A stretch of 64,000 nucleotides of DNA from Candidatus Omnitrophota bacterium (lineage in GTDB: Bacteria > Omnitrophota > Gorgyraeia > Zapsychrales > Fredricksoniimonadaceae), in the NCBI GenBank assembly GCA_903944345.1, contig CAJARJ010000020.1, forward strand, positions 18,110 to 82,109, read 5' to 3'. This document shows positions 55,411 to 64,000 of the stretch, piece after piece. The notes under the pieces were generated by a model. It was not told the origin of the DNA, made no database searches, and saw only the letters and a list, made by a program, of their open reading frames with translations. Numbering within the stretch: the first letter of the stretch is position 1; each line of letters starts with the position of its first letter. Position numbers and translations under genes: made by a program.

Positions 55411-56286
55411 TTACACAATAAGCTTGTTGATCGAATACTCTATGATCCCCTGCGCCCCGGCATCCTTAAGGGCAGGAATAATGGTCCTGACCACATTCTC
55501 TTCAATGATGGTTTCAACCGCAACCCAACCCGGCTGCGCAAGAGGCGCAACAGTCGGATTCTTGAGCGCCGGCAGCTGAGCGATCACCGACAAAAGATTC
55601 TTTTCCTCGATATTCATCTTGAGTCCGACCATGTTGTTGGCCGCCAGAGCCCCACGCAGCAGCATAACAATCTGATCCATCTTGCGCAATTTCCAGGGAT
55701 CCTGACGAGTCTGCCGATTAGCGATAAAACGGGTCGAGGACTCGCACAACGTCTCAACAATGCGCAGCTTGTTGGCCCGCAGACTGCTTCCGGTTTCGGT
55801 CAGCTCGACAATCGCATCGACCAGACCGGAGGTAACCTTGGCCTCCGTGGCTCCCCAGCTGAATTCAACATGCGCCTTAACCTTGTGCTTGGCCAAATAC
55901 TTTCTTGTAATCCCGACAACTTCTGTGGCGATCTTTTTGCCGGCAAGATCCTGGACAGAATGAATCTTGGAAGCTTCCGGGACAGCCAAAACCCAACGCA
56001 CCTTGCTGGCCGTAGCCTTGGAATAAACAAGTTCCGAGATTACATCAACCTTTGATCCATTCTCCGTAATCCAATCCAGACCCGTGATCCCGCAATCCAA
56101 TGTACCATCCTCTACATAGCGCGACATTTCCTGGGCACGCAACAAGACCGGAGAAATCTCCGGATCATCGATCTGCGGAAAATAAGACCGGCTGGATACC
56201 GTCATGCGGAATCCCGCCCTTGCAAACAACGCCACTGTTGCATCCTGCAGGCTGCCCTTGGGAACTCCCAGCTTCAGTTGCTTCAT
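55411..56286 (-). CDS. hisG: ATP phosphoribosyltransferase (long form)
   Basis: [10 protein letters not shown] and [12 protein letters not shown] are present, with the C-terminal regulatory domain. The start is at the ATG at 56286 (MKQLKLG). Confidence 0.9.
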   Translation of the reverse strand: MKQLKLGVPKGSLQDATVALFARAGFRMTVSSRSYFPQIDDPEISPVLLRAQEMSRYVEDGTLDCGITGLDWITENGSKVDVISELVYSKATASKVRWVLAVPEASKIHSVQDLAGKKIATEVVGITRKYLAKHKVKAHVEFSWGATEAKVTSGLVDAIVELTETGSSLRANKLRIVETLCESSTRFIANRQTRQDPWKLRKMDQIVMLLRGALAANNMVGLKMNIEEKNLLSVIAQLPALKNPTVAPLAQPGWVAVETIIEENVVRTIIPALKDAGAQGIIEYSINKLIV

Positions 56287-56509
56287 AAAAACTTCTCCAA
56301 TCACCGTTTATCACGAAGTTTTTCCAAAAAGGAAAATTCGAGTTCATCGTTGTCAGACCAGACACGGCTTTCCACCTGTCGTTCAAAGGGCGCTATTATA
56401 ACCAATGAGCACTTCTTCGTAAAGGAAAAAAACTTGTCATCATGATTGAGCACAGGTATAATCCCGTTTCAGCAAAGTTTCCTTCCCAATCAGTCAATGA
56501 GAGGTTTTT

Positions 56510-57988
56510 ATGCTTAAAGTGTTTCGTCAGAAAGGCGTTGCCAAAAAAGTCCTCTGGGTCGTCTCCGGAATCATCATCATTTCATTCGGTTTCGGCTTCG
56601 GCATGTCTCAACTCTCCGACAAGAACAGCGACCTTGCCCCGGCCGGAAAACTTTTCGGTAAAACGGTTTCTCTTAAGGAGTTCCGACGCTACAACGCCGA
56701 CGTCCATAACCAGATGCTGCTTTCCCATGGCGCGGAGATCGAAAGACTTCTTCCCTATATGGATATGAATAACGAAACCTGGACCCGCATCATGCTGGTC
56801 AAAGAAGCTGACCGCCGGAAAATCAAGGTCGATGATCGCGAAGTCATTGCCCTGATCGCCAATCAACCGGTCTTTCAAAAAAATGGCAGTCTCGACAAAA
56901 ATCTTTACAACAAGATCGTAGGCCAAATTTTCCACCGTGATGCACGATCCTTCGAAGAAGGACTCCGCGATGGACTCAAGATCATGAAACTGCTCAAGCC
57001 AGCCACACCTTCCACCGCAATCACGCAGGAAGAAGCCCGCAAGGAATACGAACGCCGCAACCGCAAGATCCAGGTCAGCTATGCCTTAATTGACCCAACA
57101 GAATTCGCCAAGAACATCACTCCCACGGAGCAGGAACTAAAAGATTACTACCAGCAGAATCGCGATGACTTCCTGGTACCAGACTCAATCAATGTCCAGT
57201 ATGTTGCTTTCAAGTTGTCCGACAAAACCTCCCAGTCGCAAAAAGAAAGCTTGCGCGAACAAGCCAACACTTTCTTTGATCAGGCTTCAACCACTGCAGA
57301 CTTTGCCACCGCCGCAAAAGACTCCGGACTTAAAGTTCAGGAAACGGGCTTCTTTAATATGGAACAACTTGGTCCCGTTTCCGAATGGCCACTCGAATTT
57401 GTAAGCCAGCTTTTCTCCGCCAAAGAAGGCCTGCTGCTGGCACCGGTTCCAACACCTGAAGGCTTTCTGGTGGCTAGGCCCCTGAGCCATGCCAAAGCCT
57501 ACATACCGGACTTCACCCAGGCGCAAACCATAGCTCAAACAAAGTTTATTGAAGAAAAGGCTTTAGAACTCGCCGAGGAGAAAGCTCGCTCCCTGCAGGC
57601 TGACATCAAAAAAACTATCTCCGGAGGACTGGCTTTTCCTGAAGCCGCGCAGCAGTCCGGACTTGACGTCAAGAAAACAGCCTTTTTTGCCTTGGGCGAT
57701 TATGTGCCTGAAATCGGTCTTTCGGAAGACTTTACCACCGCCTCATTCCTGTTAACAAACGAGAATAACTTGAGTGATGTGGTCCTGACAAGCAAGGGGC
57801 CGGTTATTATCGCCTTCGAAGCGGAGCAGCCTGCTGACGAAAAGAAATTCTCCGAGGTTCAGGAAGACTTCCTGAAAACGCTGGAAAAGGAACGCACATC
57901 TGAAGCAATAACAACCGTTATTCGGGATTTACGAAACCGGGCAGGACTGGAAAGTTATCTTTCCAAAGAAAAACCAAACACCAGGTAA
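56510..57988 (+). CDS. PpiD/SurA-N-like periplasmic chaperone (membrane-anchored)
   Basis: MLKVFRQKGVAKKVLWVVSGIIIISF is the typical PpiD N-terminal anchor. A long helical chaperone region follows. No clear parvulin catalytic motif is seen. Confidence 0.65.
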   Translation: MLKVFRQKGVAKKVLWVVSGIIIISFGFGFGMSQLSDKNSDLAPAGKLFGKTVSLKEFRRYNADVHNQMLLSHGAEIERLLPYMDMNNETWTRIMLVKEADRRKIKVDDREVIALIANQPVFQKNGSLDKNLYNKIVGQIFHRDARSFEEGLRDGLKIMKLLKPATPSTAITQEEARKEYERRNRKIQVSYALIDPTEFAKNITPTEQELKDYYQQNRDDFLVPDSINVQYVAFKLSDKTSQSQKESLREQANTFFDQASTTADFATAAKDSGLKVQETGFFNMEQLGPVSEWPLEFVSQLFSAKEGLLLAPVPTPEGFLVARPLSHAKAYIPDFTQAQTIAQTKFIEEKALELAEEKARSLQADIKKTISGGLAFPEAAQQSGLDVKKTAFFALGDYVPEIGLSEDFTTASFLLTNENNLSDVVLTSKGPVIIAFEAEQPADEKKFSEVQEDFLKTLEKERTSEAITTVIRDLRNRAGLESYLSKEKPNTR

Positions 57989-57995
57989 GTACTGA

Positions 57996-58316
57996 TCATT
58001 CTGTTGCAGTCGAATCCTGCAACCAAAGTCGATAAGACTCACTTAATGCTTCAATCGGCAAAGCAACGATTTCGGGAACAGAATAGCTATGCAGCCGAGT
58101 CACTTCAACCTGCAATGCTGAGAAACACTCCCGCCTGGTCTTGACCACAAGCAAAACCTCAATGGCATCCTCAACCCGTTCCTGCCAGCGATAAATGGAA
58201 CGAACTCCGCCCAGAAGGTTGCAGCACGCCGCCAGCCTGCGCTCAACCAGGGAACGGGCAATGCGCAGAGCCTCCTCTTCGCCGGAAACAGTAATAAAGA
58301 CCGCAATAAAAGACAT
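57996..58316 (-). CDS. cutA: Divalent-cation tolerance protein CutA
   Basis: The supporting motifs are LAACCNLLGGVRSIYRWQERVEDAIEVLLVVKT and HSYSVPEIVALPI. Confidence 0.85.
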   Translation of the reverse strand: MSFIAVFITVSGEEEALRIARSLVERRLAACCNLLGGVRSIYRWQERVEDAIEVLLVVKTRRECFSALQVEVTRLHSYSVPEIVALPIEALSESYRLWLQDSTATE

Positions 58317-58335
58317 CTTTGCTTTATTCCCGGGA

Positions 58336-59073
58336 TTATCTCACAGCAATGGCATGCAGCAAACGTCCAGCCTGATCGCCCTGACGCCGATAAGAAAAGA
58401 AAAATTCTTTCTCCGCAAAGGTGCAGCGGCCACAATCGGTAATGTTTTCCTGAAAGAATCCGGCTGAGAGTAACTGCCGAGTATTGGCTCCTGCCAAATC
58501 GAAATGCCAGCCATCCGACATTATGAAGACATCTTCGGGAAAGAAGTTGCAGAAATCCTGGCTTACCTGATAATTATTCATGCGGATACAGGGCCCGATA
58601 ACGGCCCGGATGTCGTGGAATTCGCAGTGATAGTCCCTCAACAGAATTTCCAGCGTCCGCAAAGCAATTTGCGCCTTTGTTCCGCGCCATCCGGCATGCA
58701 CCGCTGCAACAACGCCCCTGCGAACATCACATAACAAAAGTGGCAGGCAGTCTGCAGTACGGATCGCAACCGGAAGCCCTTTGACATCTGTAACCACGGC
58801 ATCCGCCTCAACCATTCCGCACTGTCCCGCCTGTTCCCGGGTCACTTGCCAGACTGAATTCCCATGCACCTGGCGGGGAAAAACCATAGACGAAGCCGCG
58901 CCAGGACCTAAAAGAGAAACCAGGGCTTCCCTCTGTAAAACAGAAAAGTCCTGTCCTCCAGAACATGCCTGCTGTGAGGAGAAATCCATGCCACAGTCCG
59001 TAGAAAAAGCTGTCACCGCAGGGCCAAAATCATAACAAATAGCAGGCAAGACTGGTCTCCTCGGCAGAAACAA
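58336..59073 (-). CDS. pgeF: Peptidoglycan editing factor PgeF / YfiH-family laccase-domain protein
   Basis: QVHGNSV, EADAVVT, RTADCLPLLL and HAGWRGT are YfiH motifs. Confidence 0.8.
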   Translation of the reverse strand: MFLPRRPVLPAICYDFGPAVTAFSTDCGMDFSSQQACSGGQDFSVLQREALVSLLGPGAASSMVFPRQVHGNSVWQVTREQAGQCGMVEADAVVTDVKGLPVAIRTADCLPLLLCDVRRGVVAAVHAGWRGTKAQIALRTLEILLRDYHCEFHDIRAVIGPCIRMNNYQVSQDFCNFFPEDVFIMSDGWHFDLAGANTRQLLSAGFFQENITDCGRCTFAEKEFFFSYRRQGDQAGRLLHAIAVR

Positions 59074-59145
59074 CGAATTTCGAGTCCGGATATAAACAAG
59101 CCGCTGTTTAACGCAGCCTCGCTGAAAAAAGGCAAAACCTGCCCG

Positions 59146-59508
59146 CTATTCTCCGATTAATTCCTTCATGTGAGCAAAAAGATCATCAAAATTGACCGGC
59201 TTGACCAGATAATGCATTATTCCTTTACGACGAAAAATTGGCTTATTCTCTTCATGCGAGGTCAAAACAATCACCGGAATACTGGAAATAGAAGAGTCCT
59301 GCTTCATCTCCAGAATAAAGACATAACCATTCATGGTCGGCATTTCGATATCCAGAATAATCAGATCCGGATGATACTCCCGGGCAGCTTCCAGTCCGTG
59401 CATCCCGTCAATTGCGGTCAAAACCTCGAATCCTGCACCGGACAAGCGCGCCTTCATAAGCGTACTGCCAACCGGATCATCGTCCACGACCAGAATCTTT
59501 TTGGCCAT
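59146..59508 (-). CDS. Stand-alone CheY-like response regulator receiver
   Basis: The receiver motifs are KKILVVDDD, DLIILDIEMPTMNG and PVIVLTS...K. The start at the ATG at 59508 has a GGGGAGG RBS. Confidence 0.85.
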   Translation of the reverse strand: MAKKILVVDDDPVGSTLMKARLSGAGFEVLTAIDGMHGLEAAREYHPDLIILDIEMPTMNGYVFILEMKQDSSISSIPVIVLTSHEENKPIFRRKGIMHYLVKPVNFDDLFAHMKELIGE

Positions 59509-59524
59509 ATTGCCTCCCCAGGAA

Positions 59525-59857
59525 TTATTTCTGCTCCGCCTTGCCCAGCAAGGCGTCTGTGATCTTTTGTTCAAAACGACCGATTCTACCGGACACCAGA
59601 CCATCCAGCTCGGCAGGACTCACTCCTGCCGCTTGTAATAATAAATGACAATGGATCAGAATGTCCACCGTTTCTGCTTTCCAATGAGAATCCTTGCGCT
59701 CGATTAAACGACACACCTCGACCACATGTTCCGCCATGGAGCCCAGCGTGAAGATCGCATGCGCGCGGGAAGTCCCATGAAGACGAAGCGCCATTGTTTT
59801 GAGCTTACGCAAACGCAAATTCTGCGAAACAGCGGATTTCATGGCATCTTTCTGCAA
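59525..59857 (-). CDS. Hypothetical all-helical protein (possibly MazG-like fold)
   Basis: It gives only weak resemblance (LGSMAEHVVEVCRLIER...). The coding call rests on operon packing. Confidence 0.3.
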   Translation of the reverse strand: MQKDAMKSAVSQNLRLRKLKTMALRLHGTSRAHAIFTLGSMAEHVVEVCRLIERKDSHWKAETVDILIHCHLLLQAAGVSPAELDGLVSGRIGRFEQKITDALLGKAEQK

Positions 59858-60219
59858 ACCACTTTTTCGAACTTACCATCGGCATCAAAAAAAACATAAA
59901 TCTTGGAACCCCCAAAATACTGAGTAGCCTTGCGATAAAGCCAACGCTCGCCTTCTTCCTGGTCAGATACTAACACCAGGGCCGGACGACCAAAGGTCTC
60001 CTCGAATTCAATTTTTCCGGGGATGTTCTCAACAGAACCACCCTGGCATGCCGCCTGATAAAGAGCCTCAAAGGCTTGATCCTGATCGGCAACCTGCGCT
60101 GACTGGGCATCTTTCTCCCTCGCATATGCCTGAAGGACCAGAGCCTCCTTCATATACTCAAGCTTAACACACGAGGAGCAAAGCAACACAAAAAACAGCA
60201 GAAAAACAGGCATGGACAT
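59839..60219 (-). CDS. Small secreted / lipoprotein-like protein
   Basis: I trimmed the 215-aa track ORF to MSMPVFLLFFVLLCSSCVKLE, a signal-like N-terminus. The longer version overlaps the Smr gene. Confidence 0.35.
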   Translation of the reverse strand: MSMPVFLLFFVLLCSSCVKLEYMKEALVLQAYAREKDAQSAQVADQDQAFEALYQAACQGGSVENIPGKIEFEETFGRPALVLVSDQEEGERWLYRKATQYFGGSKIYVFFDADGKFEKVVCRKMP

Positions 60220-60247
60220 ATTATAGCGTCCAAAAAAAGAAAGGAAA

Positions 60248-60499
60248 CTATTTCCAGCGAAAATGCACAAACAATCGGCCAAAATTTTTATCGTCCTTTT
60301 CAATGCGTTGATAACGGCCTTTGTAATTCTTTTCCAGAAAACGCAGAACCGATTTTTTGAGCTGTCCGCTTCCTTTGCCTGGTATAATCTCGACATATTC
60401 AGCGCGCTTGAGCAAGGCTTCGTCCATAATGTCACGCAACGAAGACTCGATGGCATTGCCGTTGGAAAAAACATCGTGCAAATCAAGCTTGAGCTTCAT
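60248..60499 (-). CDS. Smr-domain protein
   Basis: KLDLHD...VEIIPGKGSGQLKKSVLRFL matches the Smr pattern (LDLHG...iIhGkG...L+..v). Confidence 0.6.
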   Translation of the reverse strand: MKLKLDLHDVFSNGNAIESSLRDIMDEALLKRAEYVEIIPGKGSGQLKKSVLRFLEKNYKGRYQRIEKDDKNFGRLFVHFRWK

Positions 60500-60500
60500 A

Positions 60501-62450
60501 TCATCCGATCCGTTGGCGCTCCTCGAGCAAACGCCTGCGCTCCGTTTCTATATCACGCATGCGCAGCTGAATTTCTTTCAGCCTCCGGGCACATTCAATC
60601 TTTTGCGCCTGATCACGCCCGGTGAATGCGGTGTTCATCACCCGGGATTTGATATAAGTTTCTGTTTCCAGGTCTTTCTCTTCTCTTTCGAGCGCCTTAA
60701 GGTCATTCTTGATCTTCTGCAGGCGCGCCAGGGCGGATTCATGCTGTTCCCGTACCAGGCGAAGATTCTCAGGCTCCTGGGGTTCCTTGCGCGACTTCTT
60801 TTGCTGCTCGTAAGAATCCCGTCCGGCAGCTTTTCCTGCCGAAGCCGTTGCCGAATCCGGAATACGACCCTGCTTTTTGTCCAGATAATAATCCAGGCCG
60901 CCGGAATACTGACGCAACACCCCGTTGTCGACCTCAACAATATGATCTGCTATCTCGCGAATAAAAAAAAGATCATGGCTGATGAAGCAAAGCGTCCCGC
61001 GATAATTACGAAACGCCTGCGTTAACGCCTCAACACCGGAAACATCCAGATGAGTAGTCGGCTCGTCAAGAAGAATAAAGTTCGGCGGGTTAATCAGCAA
61101 CTTAGCCAGAATCAGCCGGCTTTTCTCCCCTCCCGAAAGAATCGCAACAGTCTTGAAAACATCGTCCCCATGAAAATTGAACATCCCCAATAAATTACGC
61201 GCCTGGGTCTGGGGAAAACTGCCCCCGACAGCGCTGACCAACTCTTCAAAAACCGTCCGCCCGGGGTTAAGCACGTCCAACCGTGTCTGGGAAAAATAGC
61301 CCATCTTGACCCCGTGTCCCAGCCGTCGGACTCCGCCATCAGCGGGAATCGCGTCCGCCAGAATTTTCAACAAAGTGGATTTACCCGCCCCGTTGGAACC
61401 AACCAAACAGACCTTCTGCCCCTTGGTGATCTCAAAGTTCAAGTCACTGTAAACATTCTTATCCGGGTAAGCTTTGCGTATATGCTCGAGCGTAATCACG
61501 TTATAACCGCTCTCGACAGTCACAGGAAACTGAAACTCCCGGATGCTCTGCCGCGACCGCGGAAGAACAGCGCTCTCGTCGTCAAGCCGCTCAAGCATTT
61601 TCATCTTGTTCTGAACCGCGGAAGCCCGGTTGGGCTGGGCATGAAAACGCTGAGCAAACCGCTCCAGCTGATCTTTCTTCTTGTCCACAACCTTCATGCG
61701 CTTTTCAAGGGTACGATACTCGACATCTTTCTGTGCTTCGTAGGTTTCATAATTCCCCTTGACCTTGACCATCCTTCCATCTTCCAGAACAATCGTATAA
61801 TTTGTAACATCATTAAGAAAAATCTTGTCGTGCGAGATCATGACAAAAGACCCGGGATACCCGGAAAGAAAGTCCTTGAGCCAAAGCGTCGCCGAAAGAT
61901 CAAGATAATTTGTCGGTTCATCCAGCAGCAGCAGATCAAAATGATATGTCAAAAGCTTGGCCAGCAGCGTACGCATCTGCCATCCACCTGAAAGCTGAAC
62001 AATCGGCTTATGAAATTCCGCCTCGCGAAAACCCAGTCCGGTAAGAATTTTCTCGGCTTTATGCTCCAGATCGTAAATCCCCAGCAGCTCGAGTTTCTCA
62101 AGAACATCGCCATAACGGTTCTCGGCACACAAAGCCGCCTCTTCCATCCGATGTTTCTCGTCAAGCAACAAACGAATCTCGTCATCGCCCGAGGTCACTT
62201 CTTCCATCACGGTACGTGCCGAATCAAAATGCGCTTCCTGGGGAAGATAGCCGATCTTGATGCCTTTCTGGATCGACACCGTCCCGCCGGATGTCTCCAT
62301 GTCACCAAGAATAATATGAAACAACGTCGTCTTGCCCGCGCCGTTGGGACCGGTAAGACCAATTCGCTCGCCGGGAAAAATGCTCAGTGAAACCCGGTCC
62401 ATCAGCATGCGCTGATCAAAATTCTTTGAAACATTGCTAAGTGTAATCAT
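60501..62450 (-). CDS. ABC-F family ATPase (two ABC domains, no TM, C-terminal coiled coil)
   Basis: Walker A occurs twice (GPNGAGKTT; GSNGAGKST). The signature occurs twice (LSGGWQMR; LSGGEKSR). Walker B occurs as LLLLDEPTN and ILLDEPTT. Confidence 0.9.
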   Translation of the reverse strand: MITLSNVSKNFDQRMLMDRVSLSIFPGERIGLTGPNGAGKTTLFHIILGDMETSGGTVSIQKGIKIGYLPQEAHFDSARTVMEEVTSGDDEIRLLLDEKHRMEEAALCAENRYGDVLEKLELLGIYDLEHKAEKILTGLGFREAEFHKPIVQLSGGWQMRTLLAKLLTYHFDLLLLDEPTNYLDLSATLWLKDFLSGYPGSFVMISHDKIFLNDVTNYTIVLEDGRMVKVKGNYETYEAQKDVEYRTLEKRMKVVDKKKDQLERFAQRFHAQPNRASAVQNKMKMLERLDDESAVLPRSRQSIREFQFPVTVESGYNVITLEHIRKAYPDKNVYSDLNFEITKGQKVCLVGSNGAGKSTLLKILADAIPADGGVRRLGHGVKMGYFSQTRLDVLNPGRTVFEELVSAVGGSFPQTQARNLLGMFNFHGDDVFKTVAILSGGEKSRLILAKLLINPPNFILLDEPTTHLDVSGVEALTQAFRNYRGTLCFISHDLFFIREIADHIVEVDNGVLRQYSGGLDYYLDKKQGRIPDSATASAGKAAGRDSYEQQKKSRKEPQEPENLRLVREQHESALARLQKIKNDLKALEREEKDLETETYIKSRVMNTAFTGRDQAQKIECARRLKEIQLRMRDIETERRRLLEERQRIG

Positions 62451-62472
62451 CAGCTCAAACCAGCCCTGTTAG

Positions 62473-63633
62473 TCAGGGCCGCCTCCGACGATCTGCAGGT
62501 GCCGCCGGCCTGCTTCCCGAAGAACGCGGACGCCGGACACCACTTGGGACTCCGGCAGAACGCGGACGAACTGAAGACCGGGCTGAGGGCCCGTGCACGT
62601 CCGAATCACTGTGCCATTCCCGGGTGGCAGCGTTACGCACAACCTGCGTCCGGGAAGAAAAAGCCGGACGTGGCAAAGCTGTTGCGGTCCTTCTCTGCTC
62701 TCGCCCGGGGACTTTCCGCTCAGGACGGGATGGAGCCTTGGTACGGGAGTCAACAGAATAAGGCCTGCGTTCGGAAGAAACCGGATGTGCGCCCCTCACA
62801 GGACGCTCGGCCTGCGGCTTGCGCCCGGAGAAAGCAGGACGTTCCGCTCGCCCGGAACGCTCCACCTGCAACGGCCTGCGAGGTAGGTTACGTACAACAA
62901 GCGGACGCGAAACAGTGTCCGGCTGCGGACGAATTTCGCGCAAACGGGCAATCTCGGCATCACTCAGCCGGCGCCAGGCGGAAGATTCAAGAGCTCCGAG
63001 AGTAACCGGCCCCTGACGCAAACGACTCAAATACACCACCGGATGCCCGACTGTGTCCATCATCAGCCGCACTTGTCGCTTGCGTCCCTCATGAATCGTG
63101 ATCTCCAGTTCACTTTCCTTGTCCCCGCTATGTAAAATCCTGACCGTCGCCGGAGCGGTCTTGAGTCCGCCAATCATGACTCCCTGTTCCAGTCGAGCGG
63201 CAGTCACTGGCGTTAAATGCCAGCGCACGCGGACCAGATAAGTTTTATCAACGTCAAAAGACGGGTGCATCAACTTGTTGGCCATAACCCCGTCATTCGT
63301 CAGAAATAAAAGACCTTCGGTGTCTTTGTCCAATCGCCCGACCGGCCGCAGATGCTGCAAATCCGCCGGAAGCAGATCAAGGACTGTCTTCTGCCCGAAC
63401 TGCCCCTCGCAAGTGGTTATATAGCCCTGCGGCTTGTTCAAAACAACATATTCAAAACGCTTTGAAGCAATCAACCGACCGGAACATAAAACCTCGTCCC
63501 GAACGGGATCGACCTCCGTGGAAGGCTCTGCTTCGACCTTCCCGTTAACCATCACCGCCCCACGCCGAATGGCATCAAACGCCTTGCGCCGCGAAAACGC
63601 CCCGCTGTGAGAAATCATCAATAATAATTTCAT
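62473..63633 (-). CDS. rluB: 23S rRNA pseudouridine synthase, RsuA/RluB family, with an S4 domain and an Arg/Pro-rich tail
   Basis: An S4 domain is present (SRRKAFDAIRRGAVMVNGK). The catalytic motif is GRLDKDTEGLLFLTNDG. It also has a basic low-complexity C-terminus of about 150 aa. Confidence 0.85.
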   Translation of the reverse strand: MKLLLMISHSGAFSRRKAFDAIRRGAVMVNGKVEAEPSTEVDPVRDEVLCSGRLIASKRFEYVVLNKPQGYITTCEGQFGQKTVLDLLPADLQHLRPVGRLDKDTEGLLFLTNDGVMANKLMHPSFDVDKTYLVRVRWHLTPVTAARLEQGVMIGGLKTAPATVRILHSGDKESELEITIHEGRKRQVRLMMDTVGHPVVYLSRLRQGPVTLGALESSAWRRLSDAEIARLREIRPQPDTVSRPLVVRNLPRRPLQVERSGRAERPAFSGRKPQAERPVRGAHPVSSERRPYSVDSRTKAPSRPERKVPGREQRRTATALPRPAFSSRTQVVRNAATREWHSDSDVHGPSARSSVRPRSAGVPSGVRRPRSSGSRPAAPADRRRRP

Positions 63634-64000
63634 TTTGCACGCTGCCTTACAGCTTCATAGATCATGAGTGCCGCCGCAACAGAAACGTTCAGGGAATCGA
63701 TCTTGCCAAGCATCGGAATACAAACACTTTCGTCGGTATTCCGGCGCCAGAATTCGCCTAACCCATCCTGTTCACTGCCCAGAACAACCGCCGCCGGGCC
63801 TCTCATGTCACTGTTAAAATACTTGTCCGTTGCCTGAACAACAGCGGCAAAAGTACGGATACCTTTCGCACGCAAAAAAGCAAGAGCTTCTCCGGCCGAA
63901 CAAGTGACCGTCGGGACTGTAAAAACCGCCCCCAGACTGGCCCTCACCGTATTCGGATTATAAATATCCGTTTTGTCATCGCAGACCAAAAGAGCGTCTG
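63630..64000 (-). CDS. TrmH/SpoU-family RNA 2'-O-methyltransferase; the 5' end lies beyond the window
   Basis: The supporting motifs are YNPNTVRASLGA, VVLGSEQDGL and CIPMLGKIDSLNVSVAAALMIYE. The reading frame stays open to position 64000. Confidence 0.7.
   Translation of the reverse strand, partial: DALLVCDDKTDIYNPNTVRASLGAVFTVPTVTCSAGEALAFLRAKGIRTFAAVVQATDKYFNSDMRGPAAVVLGSEQDGLGEFWRRNTDESVCIPMLGKIDSLNVSVAAALMIYEAVRQRAK

Noticed and set aside
60961-60970. A homopolymeric A9 tract inside the ABC-F gene as a possible phase-variation site.
   Set aside because: It sits in a conserved housekeeping gene, and the frame is intact and encodes a sensible sequence (FFIREI). There is no reason to infer slippage.
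62473-62930. The Arg/Pro/Ser-rich low-complexity 3' region of rluB, including overlapping alternative-frame ORFs at 62469-62753, 62499-63005 and 62593-62886.
   Set aside because: Basic disordered C-terminal tails are common in RluB-type synthases. The overlapping ORFs are artefacts of GC-rich low-complexity sequence.

Overview
This is a 64-kb bacterial chromosomal segment with about 60 genes, nearly all on the minus strand and tightly packed. I recognised no rRNA, CRISPR array, transposase or integrase. From left to right there are five blocks. (1) 1-17.6 kb holds a surface-glycan or lipid modification cluster. It is unusually rich in radical SAM enzymes: three with B12-binding domains and two SPASM-like. 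It also has two GT9 heptosyltransferase-like genes, FkbM-type and class I methyltransferases, a UbiA-family decaprenyl-phosphate phosphoribosyltransferase-like gene, a YfhO-like membrane protein, a split transketolase, a wHTH regulator and metF. (2) 17.6-23.5 kb is one 1980-aa secreted protein. It carries an intact papain-like (C1) peptidase domain and a PKD domain, followed by about 8.4 tandem copies of a two-domain unit of about 155 aa. (3) gap follows. (4) 25.0-42.3 kb is the standout. It is a 19-gene, translationally coupled operon in which an F/G-type type IV secretion core is interrupted between traC and traU by a type IVb-pilus-like machine. The T4SS core comprises a VirB2-like pilin, TraL, TraE-like, TraK-like, TraB, TraV-like, TraC and TraU. 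The pilus module comprises a lipoprotein, secretin, three alignment-type proteins, a PilB/GspE ATPase, a PilC/GspF platform, a major pilin and a pilin fused to a phage tail-collar domain, but no prepilin peptidase. No relaxase, coupling protein, integrase or att repeats are visible, and the flanking genes are housekeeping. (5) 42.4-64 kb holds rfbBDCA-galE, a methyltransferase-GT2 fusion, a DUF2079-like membrane protein, a PAS histidine kinase with a response regulator, tRNA-Gln(UUG), ispE, a TPR protein, a 33-aa basic protein, hisG, a PpiD-like chaperone, cutA, pgeF, a receiver protein, an Smr protein, an ABC-F ATPase, rluB and a partial TrmH-family methyltransferase. All calls rest on reading motifs in the supplied translations and on my own translation of unlisted regions. 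No database search was run.
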